Source: Phoronis australis (lineage: Eukaryota; Animalia; Phoronida). Taken from it: a stretch of DNA of 64,000 nt. This document shows, piece after piece, positions 12,195 through 25,383 of the stretch. The number at the start of each line of letters is the position of its first letter. Position 1 is the stretch's first letter. Location of the stretch: positions 62,001-126,000 of the forward strand of contig NMRA01000800.1 in the NCBI GenBank assembly GCA_002633005.1. Direction: 5' to 3'. The notes under the pieces were generated by a model, which saw only the letters and a program-made list of their open reading frames with translations, ran no database searches and was not told the origin of the DNA. Made by a program: the position numbers and the translations under genes.

Positions 12195-13110
12195 TGGAGT
12201 GCCACTTGTTGTCTCGCTGTTGCCTCCCTTCTGCACTGATGGGTTGATGTAATTGTTCTCCAACAAATATGTCGTTAGCCTGTCTGCCAGCACAGCGAAA
12301 AAGACTTTCCCCTCCACATCCAATAACGAGATAGGACCGAAGTCACCAATCATCACAGAGCCTTTGCCTTTCGGGATGTACACCCCTTCCGCCTTTGCTC
12401 ATCTCTAAGGCAACTCCTTCGAGCGCCAAATCACTCTCAACAGCGGTGTAATAACCTTGGACACTTCTTATAAACTACATGCGGTAGCCCGGATGGGCCT
12501 GGAGGTGATCCAGACTTGGCGTGCATGACCACCTTCCTGACATCACAGAACTTAAAATCGCCAACCTCTAAGGGTACACTCGGAAATTCCTCTTCATCCA
12601 TCCAGTCAAAATCTCCCAAAGGTTCCTCGCACCGACTGTCACTGTGAACCTCCTCCAGATGTCTTTCCAGCTCGTCCTTTGAGCGTCTGAGCTGCCCACT
12701 TGTCTCTTTCCCTAAAAGCTCCTTCGTGAACTTGTATGGATTGGACAGAAATCTCTTCCTCTTCCGGATCTTCTCTGACTTCCTCTTTCTAAGCTGCTCT
12801 GTCTTGCACAAAAATAAAGATTTACACCTCAGGTCCTGTCTTAAATGGGCCAATCATCTCCTTTCATGACCCTCAGCTCTCCTCCACTGCCTCTTGAGGT
12901 TTTCTCAACTCCACCCAGATCTCCTTGATCTCCGTCTGTCTTCTGCTAGGCTCTTGTGCGGTTGGATTCTTTCTCTTCGCCGCCACGCCAAATCGATCTT
13001 TGCAAACTGTGTAGACCAGCTCAGTCATGGTGATCAGTTTCTTCTGTGCAGTACCCTTTAAATTCGCCTCTAGAATGCCATCAAGATCCTCATCCAGAAG
13101 ACTCCATGGC
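12195..13110 (-). mobile_element. Hero-clade (RLE-type) non-LTR retrotransposon fragment, RT N-terminal part
   Basis: RKRFLSNPYKFTKELLG, SPPGPSGLPHVVYKKCP and YIPK...FGPISLLDVEGKVFFAVLADRLTTYLLENNYINPSVQKGG are characteristic of Hero-type RTs. Confidence 0.8.
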
Positions 13111-14287
13111 CCGGTCTCTAATCTTTATACTCGAAACGAACTCTAAACTATTTTTGGCAATTTCTCTGCCCCTTTTGTGCAAACTTAAGATAATTGGTTA
13201 TCAGACTCTGCTCGAATACATTATAGTTGATGCATAGGAGTTTCTAGTTTAAGTTTGCCCTTGAAGACCCTTATATTCGTGCTAGAAACTCAGTATCCCA
13301 TACCAATGTGATAGGATTTACAGTGAGACATTTAGAAGGGGAAATTACTCATGCTTTAAATAAAATGAAAAATGGCGAAAGCCCAGGAAGTGACGAATTT
13401 ACTGTTGAGTTTTACATTTTTGGAATGGCATTTCAAACTTTCTTTTCATCGTAGCTTTAACTGCGAACAATTGTCTCCAAACCACCTTTACGGAGTTATA
13501 AATTTGCTGCCTAAGGGTGATGAACCACGAGTATTCTTAAAAAATGGATACCTATTACTTTATTAAACATAAATTACAAACTGTTGTCAGCTTCTATAGC
13601 TGAAAGGATAAAATCTTGAATTTTTTATTCATGAGAACCAAAAATGTTTTTAACAGGAAGACATATGGGGGAAAAACTAGGGCTATTTATGATATAATGC
13701 AATATGCAGAAGAAAATAATGTTCCTGGTCTTCTTATGATGGTCGATTTTGAGAAAGCTTTAGAGTCTTTGCCCTGGAAATGTCTGCACAATACAATAAC
13801 GTTTTTTAATTTTGGCTAACATATACAAAAGTGGATACGTGTTCTCCATCGAATGTCCTTAAAGATTTTTAAGACGTATAGGGGTTGCAAAAAGGAGACC
13901 CTGTGTCTCCGTTTTTATTTTTACTGTGAGTAGAAATACTAGGTTCGATGACTATACTTTTAAAGTAGTGATATAAACAATTTCACAATAAATAGCAATG
14001 ATGGCGGTACAACACGCGATTGTTGCTCGTTCAAGAACTCTGTTTTCACGTTCGATGACGTCGGCTGCTCAGTGGTGCAGTGGAAAAGTCGATGACTCGA
14101 AACTCTTGCAGAGCGGGTTCCAAACCGCCACGGTTTCCCGCCAAAATGTTTTTCAACGCACGTTGAGTAACTAAATGGGCTATTTCACGGTTGTATTGGC
14201 TATTTTAGGCTGAAAATGTGGTATAACGATGTAGATTATGGCGCTTTTTGTAAAAGGTTTTCATTTAGATCTGTGGTAAAGTTTTAA

Positions 14288-17200
14288 AAGAGAATGCCAC
14301 CCGATTTAACTAGTCTTTTTTACCGTTTTAATCGGTCTCCACATCGGTCGACCTCACCTTGCCGAGAGGTTTCGCGTTAACATTCGAGCAAGGTGAGAAA
14401 CGACGCCGCGACGTCAGTGGTTCGTCTGCAGAGTGAATGCTGCTATATTGCGGTTCATCGTTCCCGCTTGTCCGAACTATGAAGCTGCAAAGAAAGCGGG
14501 TATATCGTTTTTTCGACTTCCTCGAGAGCCCGAAATGTTTCGGAAGTGCGCTGTAGTGAAGAATGAAAGGTACGCTGTTAATAGCAAGTAAGAGGCCGTG
14601 GAACATTCCCGTGTCTGTGGCCGGCATTTCGTCGACAATGATTTCTCAGACGAATTCCGGCTTACCAAAGAACTATCCATACGTTCCGTTGCATGTGCAT
14701 GTTCACGGCGCCTCTGTAGTATTTCGTGATCAGTGTATTCCGGTTCGAACTGATAGCCTGTGGAACCTAACGATCCGACACGGGAAGTCTTCGTCGGATG
14801 AGCTCTTGACTAAGTCGGGACTGGCGCCGGGCGAGATGCCATGTAGACGTTTATTATTCTGCGTTCTGTTTCAAAATAAATTATTCTCATCCTAACCAAT
14901 CCTTGTATGAAACTGAAACAATTTCTGTCTCATCAGATACAATTTGTAATGCCTTTGCAGTATTCGTGATTGCAAATGTTGTGAAGCCAGCAATGAATAA
15001 ACCACTGCGTTACCGGTTTTCGATGCCGGCAACAAAGGTAATTGACCTGGCACTGAGACCGTGTGAGCGCATGCTAATTCAGTGTATGCTGACAGAAAGC
15101 TGTTGTGAAACAACTACTCGATTTTTATGCTATGGTCACATGTTAGGGGAATCTTTACTTAGAAACGCAAATACATTATTCAAATCATTGTTACTGTACA
15201 ACCTTTATAATAATAAACGTTATTTAAAGAGGATAAAAATACAATAAATGTGAAACATGCTTTAGCCAAAGGCTAATATCCAGCATGGTCCTCTGCAGCA
15301 AGAAATTAAATTAATCAAATTAAGTTAGATAAACAGATTAAACAGATTAAAGATACATTAAGATACATTAAATAAAATAAAATAGTACTTACGAATTGGA
15401 TAAACAAATTGACTTAAAGATAAATAAATAAATTAAAATTTTTGGTAAATATATTGAAAGACAAGAAGGAGGGACATCTATGACGACCACACGTGACTGA
15501 TGAGGTGGTGTCTGAAATTATCATAACAATCAGTATCCTTAAGATTATTTAGGCAAATTGTTCCACTGTTTGATGGTCTGAATAAAGAAGGACTTAGAAT
15601 AAAACTATGTTCTGTGTCTGGGCAAAACCAAATTGTTTGAGGCAGAAAATCTTGTCCTGATCCGGTGGCTATTTCGAACAAGTACGAGATTATGAGATAG
15701 ATAAGTAGGTACATTACCGTGAAAGCACCTATGCATCATACACAGACGCCTTTATATGAAATATTTGTCAATAGGGAGCCACCCGAGTCTGTTAAACATA
15801 TGAGTTGACGGAGTGTCAAAAGGCACACCTAGAACAAGCCTGGGCGCCTGCTTTTGAGCCTTCAATAAAGAGGAAATAATTTTGGATTGCATCCTGACCA
15901 CACTGAACTACAATAAATAAACAGAGGGGATACACAAGCGCTGAAATATTGCAGACGCCCTTCTGTGGGAAGAAATGGTGATATACGCCGGAGAAGACCA
16001 AGGCGCTGCCTAATTTTGAACACAGTCCCATTTATATGGCTAGACCAGCTGAGGGTCTTGTCTACAGTAACACCTAATAATTTTTCAATGTCAACATATT
16101 TGAGGCGTACATTGGAAATAGCAAGGTTAAGCTCCAGATTACTTCTCCTATGCCTTTGCTCTGTGGAAATACTCGTACATTTTGTTTTTTCAGCATTAAT
16201 TACCCTTTTATTATCAGTACACCTGGTAGCAACCTTATCCAGATCAGACTGGAGTCTGTCCTTTACAGCGATCAGCGAGTTTGCCACAACAGACAAAGTA
16301 GTATCATCTGCATACATGTCAACCGTGTTTTCGCAGACTAAAGGGAGATCATTTATAAAAAGTAAAAACAGCAGAGGTCCCAGGATGGATCCCTGGGGCA
16401 CACCGTGTGTGATACCTCGGGACTCAGACAGATGTCCGCCAAGGGATACAACCTGGCACCTCTCTGAGAGATATGATTTAAACCAGTCTAGGGAGACCTT
16501 GCCCACCTTGTAAACTGACAATTTGCTCAGAAGTATATTGTGATCAACGAGATCAAAGGCTTTTTTAAAATCCAAAAATACTACACCAACGTTGTGACCA
16601 CTATCTACACCCTGAGCCCAGCCGTTAGCAATATTAATGAGGGAAGTTTCACAGGAGTGGTCACTTCTGAAACTGGACTGAGATGCAACTACTAAATCAT
16701 GCTCAGTCAAAAATGAATAAAAGGTATTGCGAACATGCTTTTCCAACAATTTAGACAAGACCGGTAAAATTGGAATTGGTCTGTAATTGTTTACATTGTC
16801 AATAGCACCGCTTTTGTGTAAAGGGGATACTTTTGCAAGTTTCCACAAACTAGGAAACTTGGAAGTTTTAATGCTATGGTTTAAAAGATAGGTGATGGAA
16901 GGTGTCAGCTCCTCATGAGCAAGTTTCAAAACTGACACCATCCATTCCAGTGGCTTTATTAAGATTAAGACCATTTAAGAACTTATTTACAAATTCCATA
17001 TTTACCAGAGGAATAGCATAACCAATGTCACTTTCAACACTGGAACTAACAAAGTCAATCAAATCTTTATGAGTGGCGTGTGTATCTTTAAGATCACGAG
17101 TAAGTTTGCTAGCTATGTCAGTAAAAAAATTGTTAAAATTATTGGCAATCTGAAATTTATCATGAACACACTTCTCATCAATCTTTAACATGGCAGGTGA

Positions 17201-19384
17201 TGAAGATTTTTCTTTAGGAGCAACTTGTCTGATGACTTTCCATAACACTTTGGAATTTTTGAGATTACTACTGATCAGTGAAGAGTAACAGTCACTCTTA
17301 GCCTTTTTAATCGTTGTTACGACACGATTTTGCTCTGATTTGTAGCTCTCATAATTCCCGCACTTACGTAAACTGTCCCTGAGCTTTATAGCTTCAAAAA
17401 TGTCATCACTGAACTATTCAGGCTGACGTAATCTCTTCACACGTCTAGTTTTCCATGGAGCATGTTCGTCTAAAATACTGTTAAATAACTTGTACTATAC
17501 ATCAAGAGCATCATCAATGTCATCATAGGCTTCGATGACTGACCAGGGAGCAAGAGCGAGATCCGATTTGAAGGCCTGGTCATCAAAGTTTTTAAACGAT
17601 TTATGGTGAAATTTGGTATCAAAATGCCTTTTCCTGGCTATGCATACAGGGTAGTGATCAATTAACCCATTTTTACCACTTTTACTGATCTCACAAACTC
17701 CGGAGCAGAAACATAAACATGATCAATCAGTGAGGCAGAGTCTGACACACGTGTAGGCTCCGTTACCACCTGATGGAGATTCAAACCTTGAATCACATCT
17801 TTGAGGAGTTTTGAAATTTCAACGTTCCAATCAACATTAAGATCACCAGCGATAACCACCCCATAGCCACACCTGATAACCACAGACTCAAAGCTTTCAA
17901 GCCAATTTGTCTGAACAGGGGGTCTGTAGAAATTGAGTCTGAGAACAATTAAAGGACTGACATCCTTAAAATTCGGTTGAACACGCAGAAGTTCCAAATC
18001 GTTTAACTCTAAGTCGTGTCTTCTAATGTAGGCAAGGCTGCTTCTGACATACGTGCATTGCCACCATAACGAGTACCGTTTTGTCTGTCTAGGCGTTCCA
18101 CATTGTAACCACAGATTCCAATTTCTTCGTTTGCAATGTCGCAAGATAGCCAAGTCTCTTGGAGACGGATAACATCCAGGGACCAGTTGTTTATATTAAC
18201 AGCAACTTCCGGTAATTGATCATAAAGACTTCTAACATTCCACGAGCATAGTTTCAGACCACTGGGTAGTGGAAGATTCAGGTTTGGGCCAGACGTGATG
18301 TACACGCTGGTCACGACTAATACAAGAAAAGGCAGTGTATCTTCAAAAGCCATTAAAGTCATAAAACGGTCCCACAAGCACAGGCAGACGCCATATTGGA
18401 TAAAAACGAGTGGGTGTTGACCGCAACTTAAACTGGACTAACAAGCCAGAAATAATCAAAATGAGATCCATATGAACAGATGAGATACCTTCTGAAGTCG
18501 TGAGAATTATTGTATCGTCTCAAATGTGCTGTATAGGTCCCTTGAAAACTTCATAAATTATTAAAAATCAGCAGCTCCGATCCAGTCGAACTTGTCTGTG
18601 CGCCACCTGTTGTCCTTGACGGTCTGTGAAAGGGGAACCCGACTTCGCGGCTCCCGACAAGTAAGTAGATTTACAGTTTCGTGGCTAATTCACATAAATA
18701 ATTACGTGCACATTATTTCTTTGGCCCACTATTATAGTCTTTTTGTGACTGGAGGTTTAGTTTCCAAATCAAGCTGGTTTATTTTCGTGCCAGTCCCGGC
18801 GGCCGCGACGGGCCTGATCGGGTTCGGAGCCTCTGGCCAGGATAACGAGTCAGTCCGGCCGCGACGGGCCTGATCAGGTTCCGAGCCACAGGCCGGGATA
18901 ACAAGATTTTTTTGTGTTTAGAACTCAAAAATCACAAGTATAAACAACACTGATCTAGGTTCTTCTGTCTGTATTTCACGGAAGAATACTTCGAATTTAT
19001 CCCCGAACAGACCCCAAACTCCTGCTACGGACCTTGGTAGATTGGCCTGCCGAACTTTGTAGGCTACGGTGTTTTCAAATACCAATAAATCTGTAACAAC
19101 GAAATAAAGCAACACATCTTTATAAGAACTCGGTGTATTTTTAAGAGTTTTATATCGAAGGTTGATGATCTATTGGTGATGAATTCAAGCGATAAGCTGA
19201 CACCAGTTACCCGTGTTGTGATCTGCTGAATAGACTGCGTGTGAAACCAAAGACGTAATTGGATAATTTCAACACCTCCTTCTGCCGTCAGGTGTCAGGT
19301 AACGCAACCGAATGTGCCGTTATCGAGTAGAACTACTCGAGCTAAATTGATACGAAATAGGTTGTTTTTGGGGTGGCATTCTCC
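14288..19384. mobile_element. Kolobok-like non-autonomous DNA transposon, copy 1 (TTAA flanks), hosting a CR1/L2-type LINE
   Basis: TTAA|AAGAGAATGCCACC ... GGTGGCATTCTCC|TTAA TIRs. Internal segments match, in reverse orientation, 50330-50745, 42750-43160 and 38567-38830. Confidence 0.75.
15200..18590 (-). mobile_element. CR1/L2-group LINE, near full-length ORF2 with frameshifts
   Basis: APE motifs CSWNVRSL, LQETWL, IAGDLNVD, EPTRV...SLIDHVY. RT motifs NYRPIPILPVLSKLLEK, FLDFKKAFDLVDH, GVPQGSILGPLLF, MYADDT. The 3' boundary is approximate. Confidence 0.92.
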
Positions 19385-19388
19385 TTAA

Positions 19389-20120
19389 AGGGCTTAACAA
19401 AAACAATACTGTCTTCCTGGCTCAATGACAAAAATTCGAATATTAGAGTTGCGCTACCCCTACTACATACAAGTAATCCGGAAGTACTAAATCTGTTAAA
19501 AAAGCAAGCCTGTAGATTAATGAGTGATATATGTTATTAATTCGTTATATGATGATAAAACCGATCTCACGGAATAAATGGATTGATGAGGTGAGTAATA
19601 AATTAAATATAAGTTCAGAAACAGTGGACTTAATTTTTTTTTTCTATATGTTAAATTGAGATAGTTCCAGTATCGAACAGATCACAGAATATTAGGTACA
19701 AATTCGTATCTTTATAAAATAGGAGTCTCGGAGTTTTCTGGTTTTACATTTTGTAATCGAGCCTGGAAAATTTGATGCAATTATTTGTGCATTGTAGCTA
19801 ACCCAGAACCTTCTGAGAAGATGTTTTTCAATTTAACTTCAGAGATAGCGATGAAACAATAATGAATGCTACATGCAATGTTCTTTATATAATTTAGAGA
19901 TATTCACGTACATACTTAATTTCACCGTCAAAGATTTGGGGGGCGCTTTACCAGCCATAAATGCTTTTATGAATATTTTAAAACAGTATTATCTCACAGA
20001 AAAATAATTCAAAGAAACAGGGAGTTTGATATATTTAAAAATAGGCTAAAATTTGTTCACTTTATTGAATATAAAGCGACCATTGAGTGAGTGCCTGCGT
20101 GTATGTGTCCATTGTGATCA
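19389..20120 (+). mobile_element. 3' end of an L1/Tx1-type LINE (probable continuation of 10186-13950)
   Basis: Degenerate C-terminal knuckle TFCNRA..NLMQLFVHC at ~19745-19800, then AATAAA and an A-rich end near 20103-20118. Confidence 0.55.
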
Positions 20121-21064
20121 CATTTTAGTGTTTCTAATTGATAATAAATGTATAAAAATCTACTCAAGGAGACCCCAGTAGTGTCTCAGCAGATGAGAAA
20201 CAAATAAAGGATTCTCATGATGTTGTGTTCGCAGCCTTTGATAGTACTTAGGTTATTTCGGGCCGGGTCATTGCCTGATGTGCAGATTTCTGAACAACAA
20301 ACAATTGATATGTTACCCGATTCTGGTTGCGTCTGAATCATTGTTATGGTTAAACTTCTTTATAGGTCCCAGACTACTGCTAACAGTGGCGGATTTAAGG
20401 GGGGGGGGCATGCCCCTCTCTAATTTTTTCCAGATTCCATTTGGCAGTGCGGGGGTGCTAATTTCTGAAGGGCAAAATCCTGGCTAATACTCTGCCCTGA
20501 CCCCCTAACTCAATCCGCTCCCACCTGGGTGAAGGTCGCTAAAGTTACTGGATTTACCACGTATATCTTATCAAAAAGAAGGTGATATTGTGGTTAGATC
20601 ACCTTATTCTGTTGGCACCGTTGGAGCTGTGTGTGTTCACATTCCAATGAGCGACCAGTTACTTGGTAATGTAGATGGAGCAAGGGCCTAGGTAATGCTA
20701 AATCTTATATGGGTCGACGGTGTCCGTTGGAATTACGACTAGGTGTCAGGCCATGTATTGACGAGTGTTTTAGTGGTTATAAGTGTAATTTTTTTAATTT
20801 CATGTTTTATGTACCATGACCCACTGCAGAGCTCCGCATGTGTTTGGTACCAGTGATACTAGCCCTACATACGTGATTAGTAAAGTGGCCGATCTGAAAT
20901 ATAAACATAAGCCCGACACATAGATATGCACGGGTACGAAGTATTAGCTTGCTGAGTCATTAATCAACTCGTGATGGAGAGCGAACGTATTCTGGCACAT
21001 AACTGCTGGCAAATACAATTCGTAAGGTTTTTATTGCAAAACTATATTTGTTTTTACCCAACAG

Positions 21065-21181
21065 AACGATTGGCAAGAGAATGTGCGGCAGAAGGCGGAA
21101 TACTCTGCGGTTCTTGTGTACCCCGGATAAATATCTGCGATGGTGTGAACGACTGCCCCAACCGCATAGACGAGCTATCTT
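21065..21181 (+). CDS. Host mosaic protein exon: LDL-receptor class A repeat 2
   Basis: Acceptor tttttacccaacag|, donor |gtaagt, 117 nt, phase 1-1. ERLARECAAEGGILCGSCVPRINICDGVNDCPNRIDELS(C). The sixth Cys is completed across the splice (T+GT). Confidence 0.92.
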
Positions 21182-21299
21182 GTAAGTGATTTAAATGCAA
21201 GAAGCACAGCGATATAAACATTTATGTATAGTAGAGCTCATCGGGAAGGTATGGTGGTTGTAAGGCAACGGCATGGGAACTTTTTTCTATGTTTATATG

Positions 21300-21558
21300 G
21301 ACTTATTAACTCTATCGATAGACTTACTATCTCAATCGGTAGACTTAGTAACTCTATCGATAGACTTACTAACTCTATCGATATACTTACTAACTCTATC
21401 GTTAGACTTACTAACTTTATCGATAGACTTAATAACTCTATCGATAGATTTACTAACTCTATCGATAGATTTACTAAGCCTATCGATAGATTTACTAACT
21501 CTATCGATAGACATAATACAGTGTATTTCTATCGATAGATTTAGCAACTCTATTGATA
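21300..21558 (+). repeat. Subterminal 21-bp tandem array (ACTTACTAACTCTATCGATAG)n
   Basis: About 11 units with the palindromic core CTATCGATAG. This produces the LLTLSID pseudo-ORFs. Confidence 0.95.
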
Positions 21559-24500
21559 TTCCTGTTTAGGAATTCTGTGATGTATCATGACCCACAAGAC
21601 AGACACAGCGACATACGCAACGGTTATTTAAACAGTTAAATGATATTGTATGAATGCCTTGATGTTTTATATCTGTCATACCTCCAACAGGGGGTAGCTA
21701 CGGAATAATAATCACTGGTCACCTGTCTCGGCATACAACTACAAGTGTAGACACGGCTAACTCATTTTGGCTTCATCACCCGTTATGTCGGGTTGCACAA
21801 GTTTGACATTATACTGGCTTTTGCTGGGGCCCAGGAACTCATATGTAGGCACCAAACAGACTTGTGAACTGTTGAAATTGTTTTTTAATTGATTAGACCA
21901 GCTTTTTATAATGTATAAGTTGGTTTGTTCTGTTGCGTATTGTTTAGTTCAATGTACATACTGCGAGTGGCGGTAACTGTAAGCAAGGATGGTGCGAGAT
22001 GGATTTAAGTCGTTACACGTACTCGTGAGATGACGATTTGTTGCTTTCAGAAGGTTAAGCCTATCGACATTAGCTTCCACGTTTGAAGGTGAGATGACCA
22101 TTGTGTCGACGTGCCATGTTTTAACCGCCTATTTATCACAGGTGCAATCAGGTTGTGTGCAGTTACCAGTACGACAGTATTGATATTTTATGAGAATTGT
22201 TATTATTAGGTGATATGGAGTTACTCTATATAAGAGTTTTATTTTTTTCTAAACAAATATTCAATAAATGCTATTTACGTTTCACTGTAAACATTCACAT
22301 CTGATATTAAAATTGTAAAAACAACAAGTGTAGCATCGGAACTTAACTGTTTGAAGTCATCATGAGCAACTATTTAGTTTAAGACCTCAAGAGAGAACGC
22401 TATAAAACACAATGAATAAACGACAATAGACAAATGGAAATTAAATCAAAAGTATCTGGTGATACTAACTCGTCATGAGAGAAGAGTCCAAAAGTGATTG
22501 TCACTCGGACTTGACGTTTTATTGGACTCTTTTTTGAAAGTATGTCCTCCAAAGTAGCCGTTCATAACGTCTGGCTTCAACTCCAGATGATCAATTGCAT
22601 TCAAGTGTCATTCCACGGATCCACCGACCACAGTACAGCCAACAAGCGGCAAGGTGGGGGGTCAGCCATTCAAAGCCATGTTCAGACTAATAAATCACAT
22701 TAGGGATGAGAGAAATTGGGGAAGTATGACACCACAGAGTGTGGTGGTTTATGAGATAAAATGGAAGTCTTTTGGGGGGCAAAATGAGGCAATTTCTTGA
22801 TGCAAAATGAGTCATTTTTGACTACATTTTATACTGCAGCTTCTGCTTTAAACAGAATCGTTTCTGAATAATTTTGATATCACATGATAGGTTCATGACC
22901 TAATGTAAGCAAAAATTATACTAAATTTGTTCATCAAATTCATTGAATACCAAACTAATGCATAAAGTTGAATGATGACTGATCTGAAGTGCAGGTTTGC
23001 GAGTTTATCTATCTATCTGGCACTGCCAGTCGCATCAAATATGGTAATTTTACACATTGGCGAGAGAAACAACTTTGAAAACTTTTGGGAAATGCACAAG
23101 GGTGTAGCCAGATATTTGAGAACCTTAAAAGTGAGGGAATGTGAATGTGTGCAGCAGGCGCTAGATTATCTACCGTATTAGATTCACTTGCCCGAATCAT
23201 CGTTACAACCCTCGACATATATTGGCGTCGTTAAAGACACTGAGTACATCCACTGCACACAAGAGGGGAAATCCGACAGAGGTTTGAAAAAATGACCAAA
23301 GACGTTCAGTCAAGGTTCAATGTCCTGCTTCATGCGAGCTCAGGTAGGAATCATCAAACTCCAGGGTCAGTGTGATTGCTTATAACTTGAGCGTTATTGC
23401 TTAATCATATCTTAATTCAAATGTATTGAAGTATATGCAGTGTATGTATACATTGACATAGAAAAAGTTAGTTATCATAACTTTTCATAATAATCACCAA
23501 ATGTGTTTAAACATAATACATGACTTCTGCCCATGACGTTGACTTGAGGCCCTGAAGGGACAATTTATCTGTTAACCAGGTAAAAAACCCGATGTATTTC
23601 TGAATTTAGGGTAAACTAACAAAAATAATCAATGACTGTTGTGTTGGTTCCACAATATTTATCGAGGATCTTGAACCTATGGTCTCCATGTCATACTTGT
23701 GCATGAAAGATAGTGTATCCTGTGTATACAATGGATTACAAACACACAATTACACAAGTCAGATGTTTGTTTGGAAATCTGTTATGTTGAAATGGTCAAC
23801 CTTTTGTGCTCATCGTGAAGGTGGGCTCATGTGAAATGCAGAATGGTATTGCTCAACTTTTGGGGTCATATCAGCTGCCATCTACTGTTTTGTTTTATGA
23901 AAAAACCAAGATGGCAATGAACTAGGGTTGGGAGATCTTGTTCAGTTGCATTTGGGATTTTAGACGGTTGTGCTAGAAATTGCATTGCAAATACATATAC
24001 AGTGGCTGTTACTCAAGCACAATAGAGTAACTAACTCTATTAATACTTTGTTGTTTTTATTCGGTTGATCCCTATAGCCTATGACTGTGAACACGCAGCA
24101 AAATATATTTCCAATACAGCTGATTGAATATAACTACGAATTTTTAGGAATAAGCATAAACTGCCAGACAAAACCGACTGACTTAATGAAATTTCAGAAT
24201 GTGTCAAACGAAAGGGAGTCAAATTTGGAGCCCATGGATACTGCAGTAACAGTAAGTACTTGTAAAAATCTGTAACAAATTTAATTTCGTATTTGCCTAA
24301 AATCGGTAAATTCTTTTACGTTTCAATGTTATGAAGAGAAATGTAATGCACAACTCATGCCTTTCACAATGATCGCTGACACAAAGGTAGTGCGGATAAT
24401 TTAAATCGGTCTCAATATTTTCTACATGTAATGTGTCATAGTTCTGTCTTATACCTTTGTCATGTACATAGAAATTCATTTGGTAAATTCTTATACTCAA

Positions 24501-25197
24501 ATCTGAATGACTTATTGGTGATGCCTTCACTTTAGCTTGGTATTCATTCTGAGCCGAAATGGCCACATTAACTTTAATATGTTTAATTTTTTCATTAATA
24601 CAATTTTAGGAATCAGGGAAGGCTTATGATGAAGAAGTGGCTTCTGCTGAAGTTGGAAACCTGTCGATTATTAGTAAAGGTTGAGTATGGAAAAGTTCAA
24701 AACCAGCAAGAAGGTACCATTCTGGACAACTAAGTGAGAGGAAAGAGAGAGGCCGAAAAGTCTACTCCCAGAAGACATGTGGAACGAGTCAGGGAAAAGT
24801 ATTTGCAAAGATTACTGGCTTATACCACATCTGGTCCAAAGTAACTTGTTAAGATGGGCCACTCTCAGCAACTGTGGGGGAAACTGTGACAGTTGGATGT
24901 AGGAGATATGGCAGAGGAAGTGGAGTATGCATTGGAAAGAGACGACCTGCACTTTAAGATTGTCAAGGATGTAGCATTGTAAAAATTCAAATGGAGGAAA
25001 CAGTGCAATGGCTGGACCTGTAAATACTCTGGAGGATCTGCTAACTCCAGTGGTGGTATTATTATGTCAGCAAAGCTGTGTAGGGAAGTAGGCTTGTGTA
25101 TTTTTTGAGTCTGTCCTAGCTTGAAGAAATCGACCATATGTTTGTTTCGGTCCTCTATTTTAATTGAAACAGAGGTAGCAACCTCGATATAGTAACA

Positions 25198-25383
25198 CTG
25201 TCGGTAGAGTTAATAAGTCTATCGATAGAGTTACTATGTCTATCGATAGACATATTAAGTCTATCGCTAGAGATACTAAGTCTATCGACAGAGATACTAA
25301 GTCTATTGATAAAGATAACAAGTATACCGATAGAGTTAGTAAGTCTATCGATAGAGATGGTAAGTTTGTCGATAGAGTTAGCA
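25198..25383 (-). repeat. Inverted copy of the 21-bp subterminal array
   Basis: About 8-9 units of (AAGTCTATCGATAGAGTTAGT), the reverse complement of the left array. Confidence 0.93.

Larger units (their letters stand above)
10186..13950 (+). mobile_element. Decayed L1/Tx1-type LINE ORF2 (AP endonuclease and RT N-part), interrupted by nested insertions
   Basis: MVSILSRNCRGF..., IYCLQDTHF, MVRLDFFL (APE motifs), then KSPGSDEF, LLMMVDFEKA and GCKKGDPVSPFLF (RT). Many stops and frameshifts. Confidence 0.85.

Noticed and set aside
15965-16513. 182-aa plus-strand ORF
   Set aside because: Antisense shadow of the LINE RT ORF, with no domain features or splice support.
18285-18335. 2A-like StopGo peptide (DxExNPGP) at the start of the LINE ORF2
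   Set aside because: Reads LVLVVTSVYITSGP. The position is right but only GP matches, which is too degenerate to call.
21300-21558. CRISPR-like array of short palindromic repeats (also 25198-25383)
   Set aside because: The units are contiguous 21-mers with no unique spacers, there are no cas genes, the context is eukaryotic, and they are subterminal repeats of a TSD-flanked transposon.
21224-21569. ORFs with LLTLSID / NSIDRLT heptad repeats (leucine-zipper-like)
   Set aside because: Translation artefact of the 21-bp tandem array, which is open in several frames on both strands.
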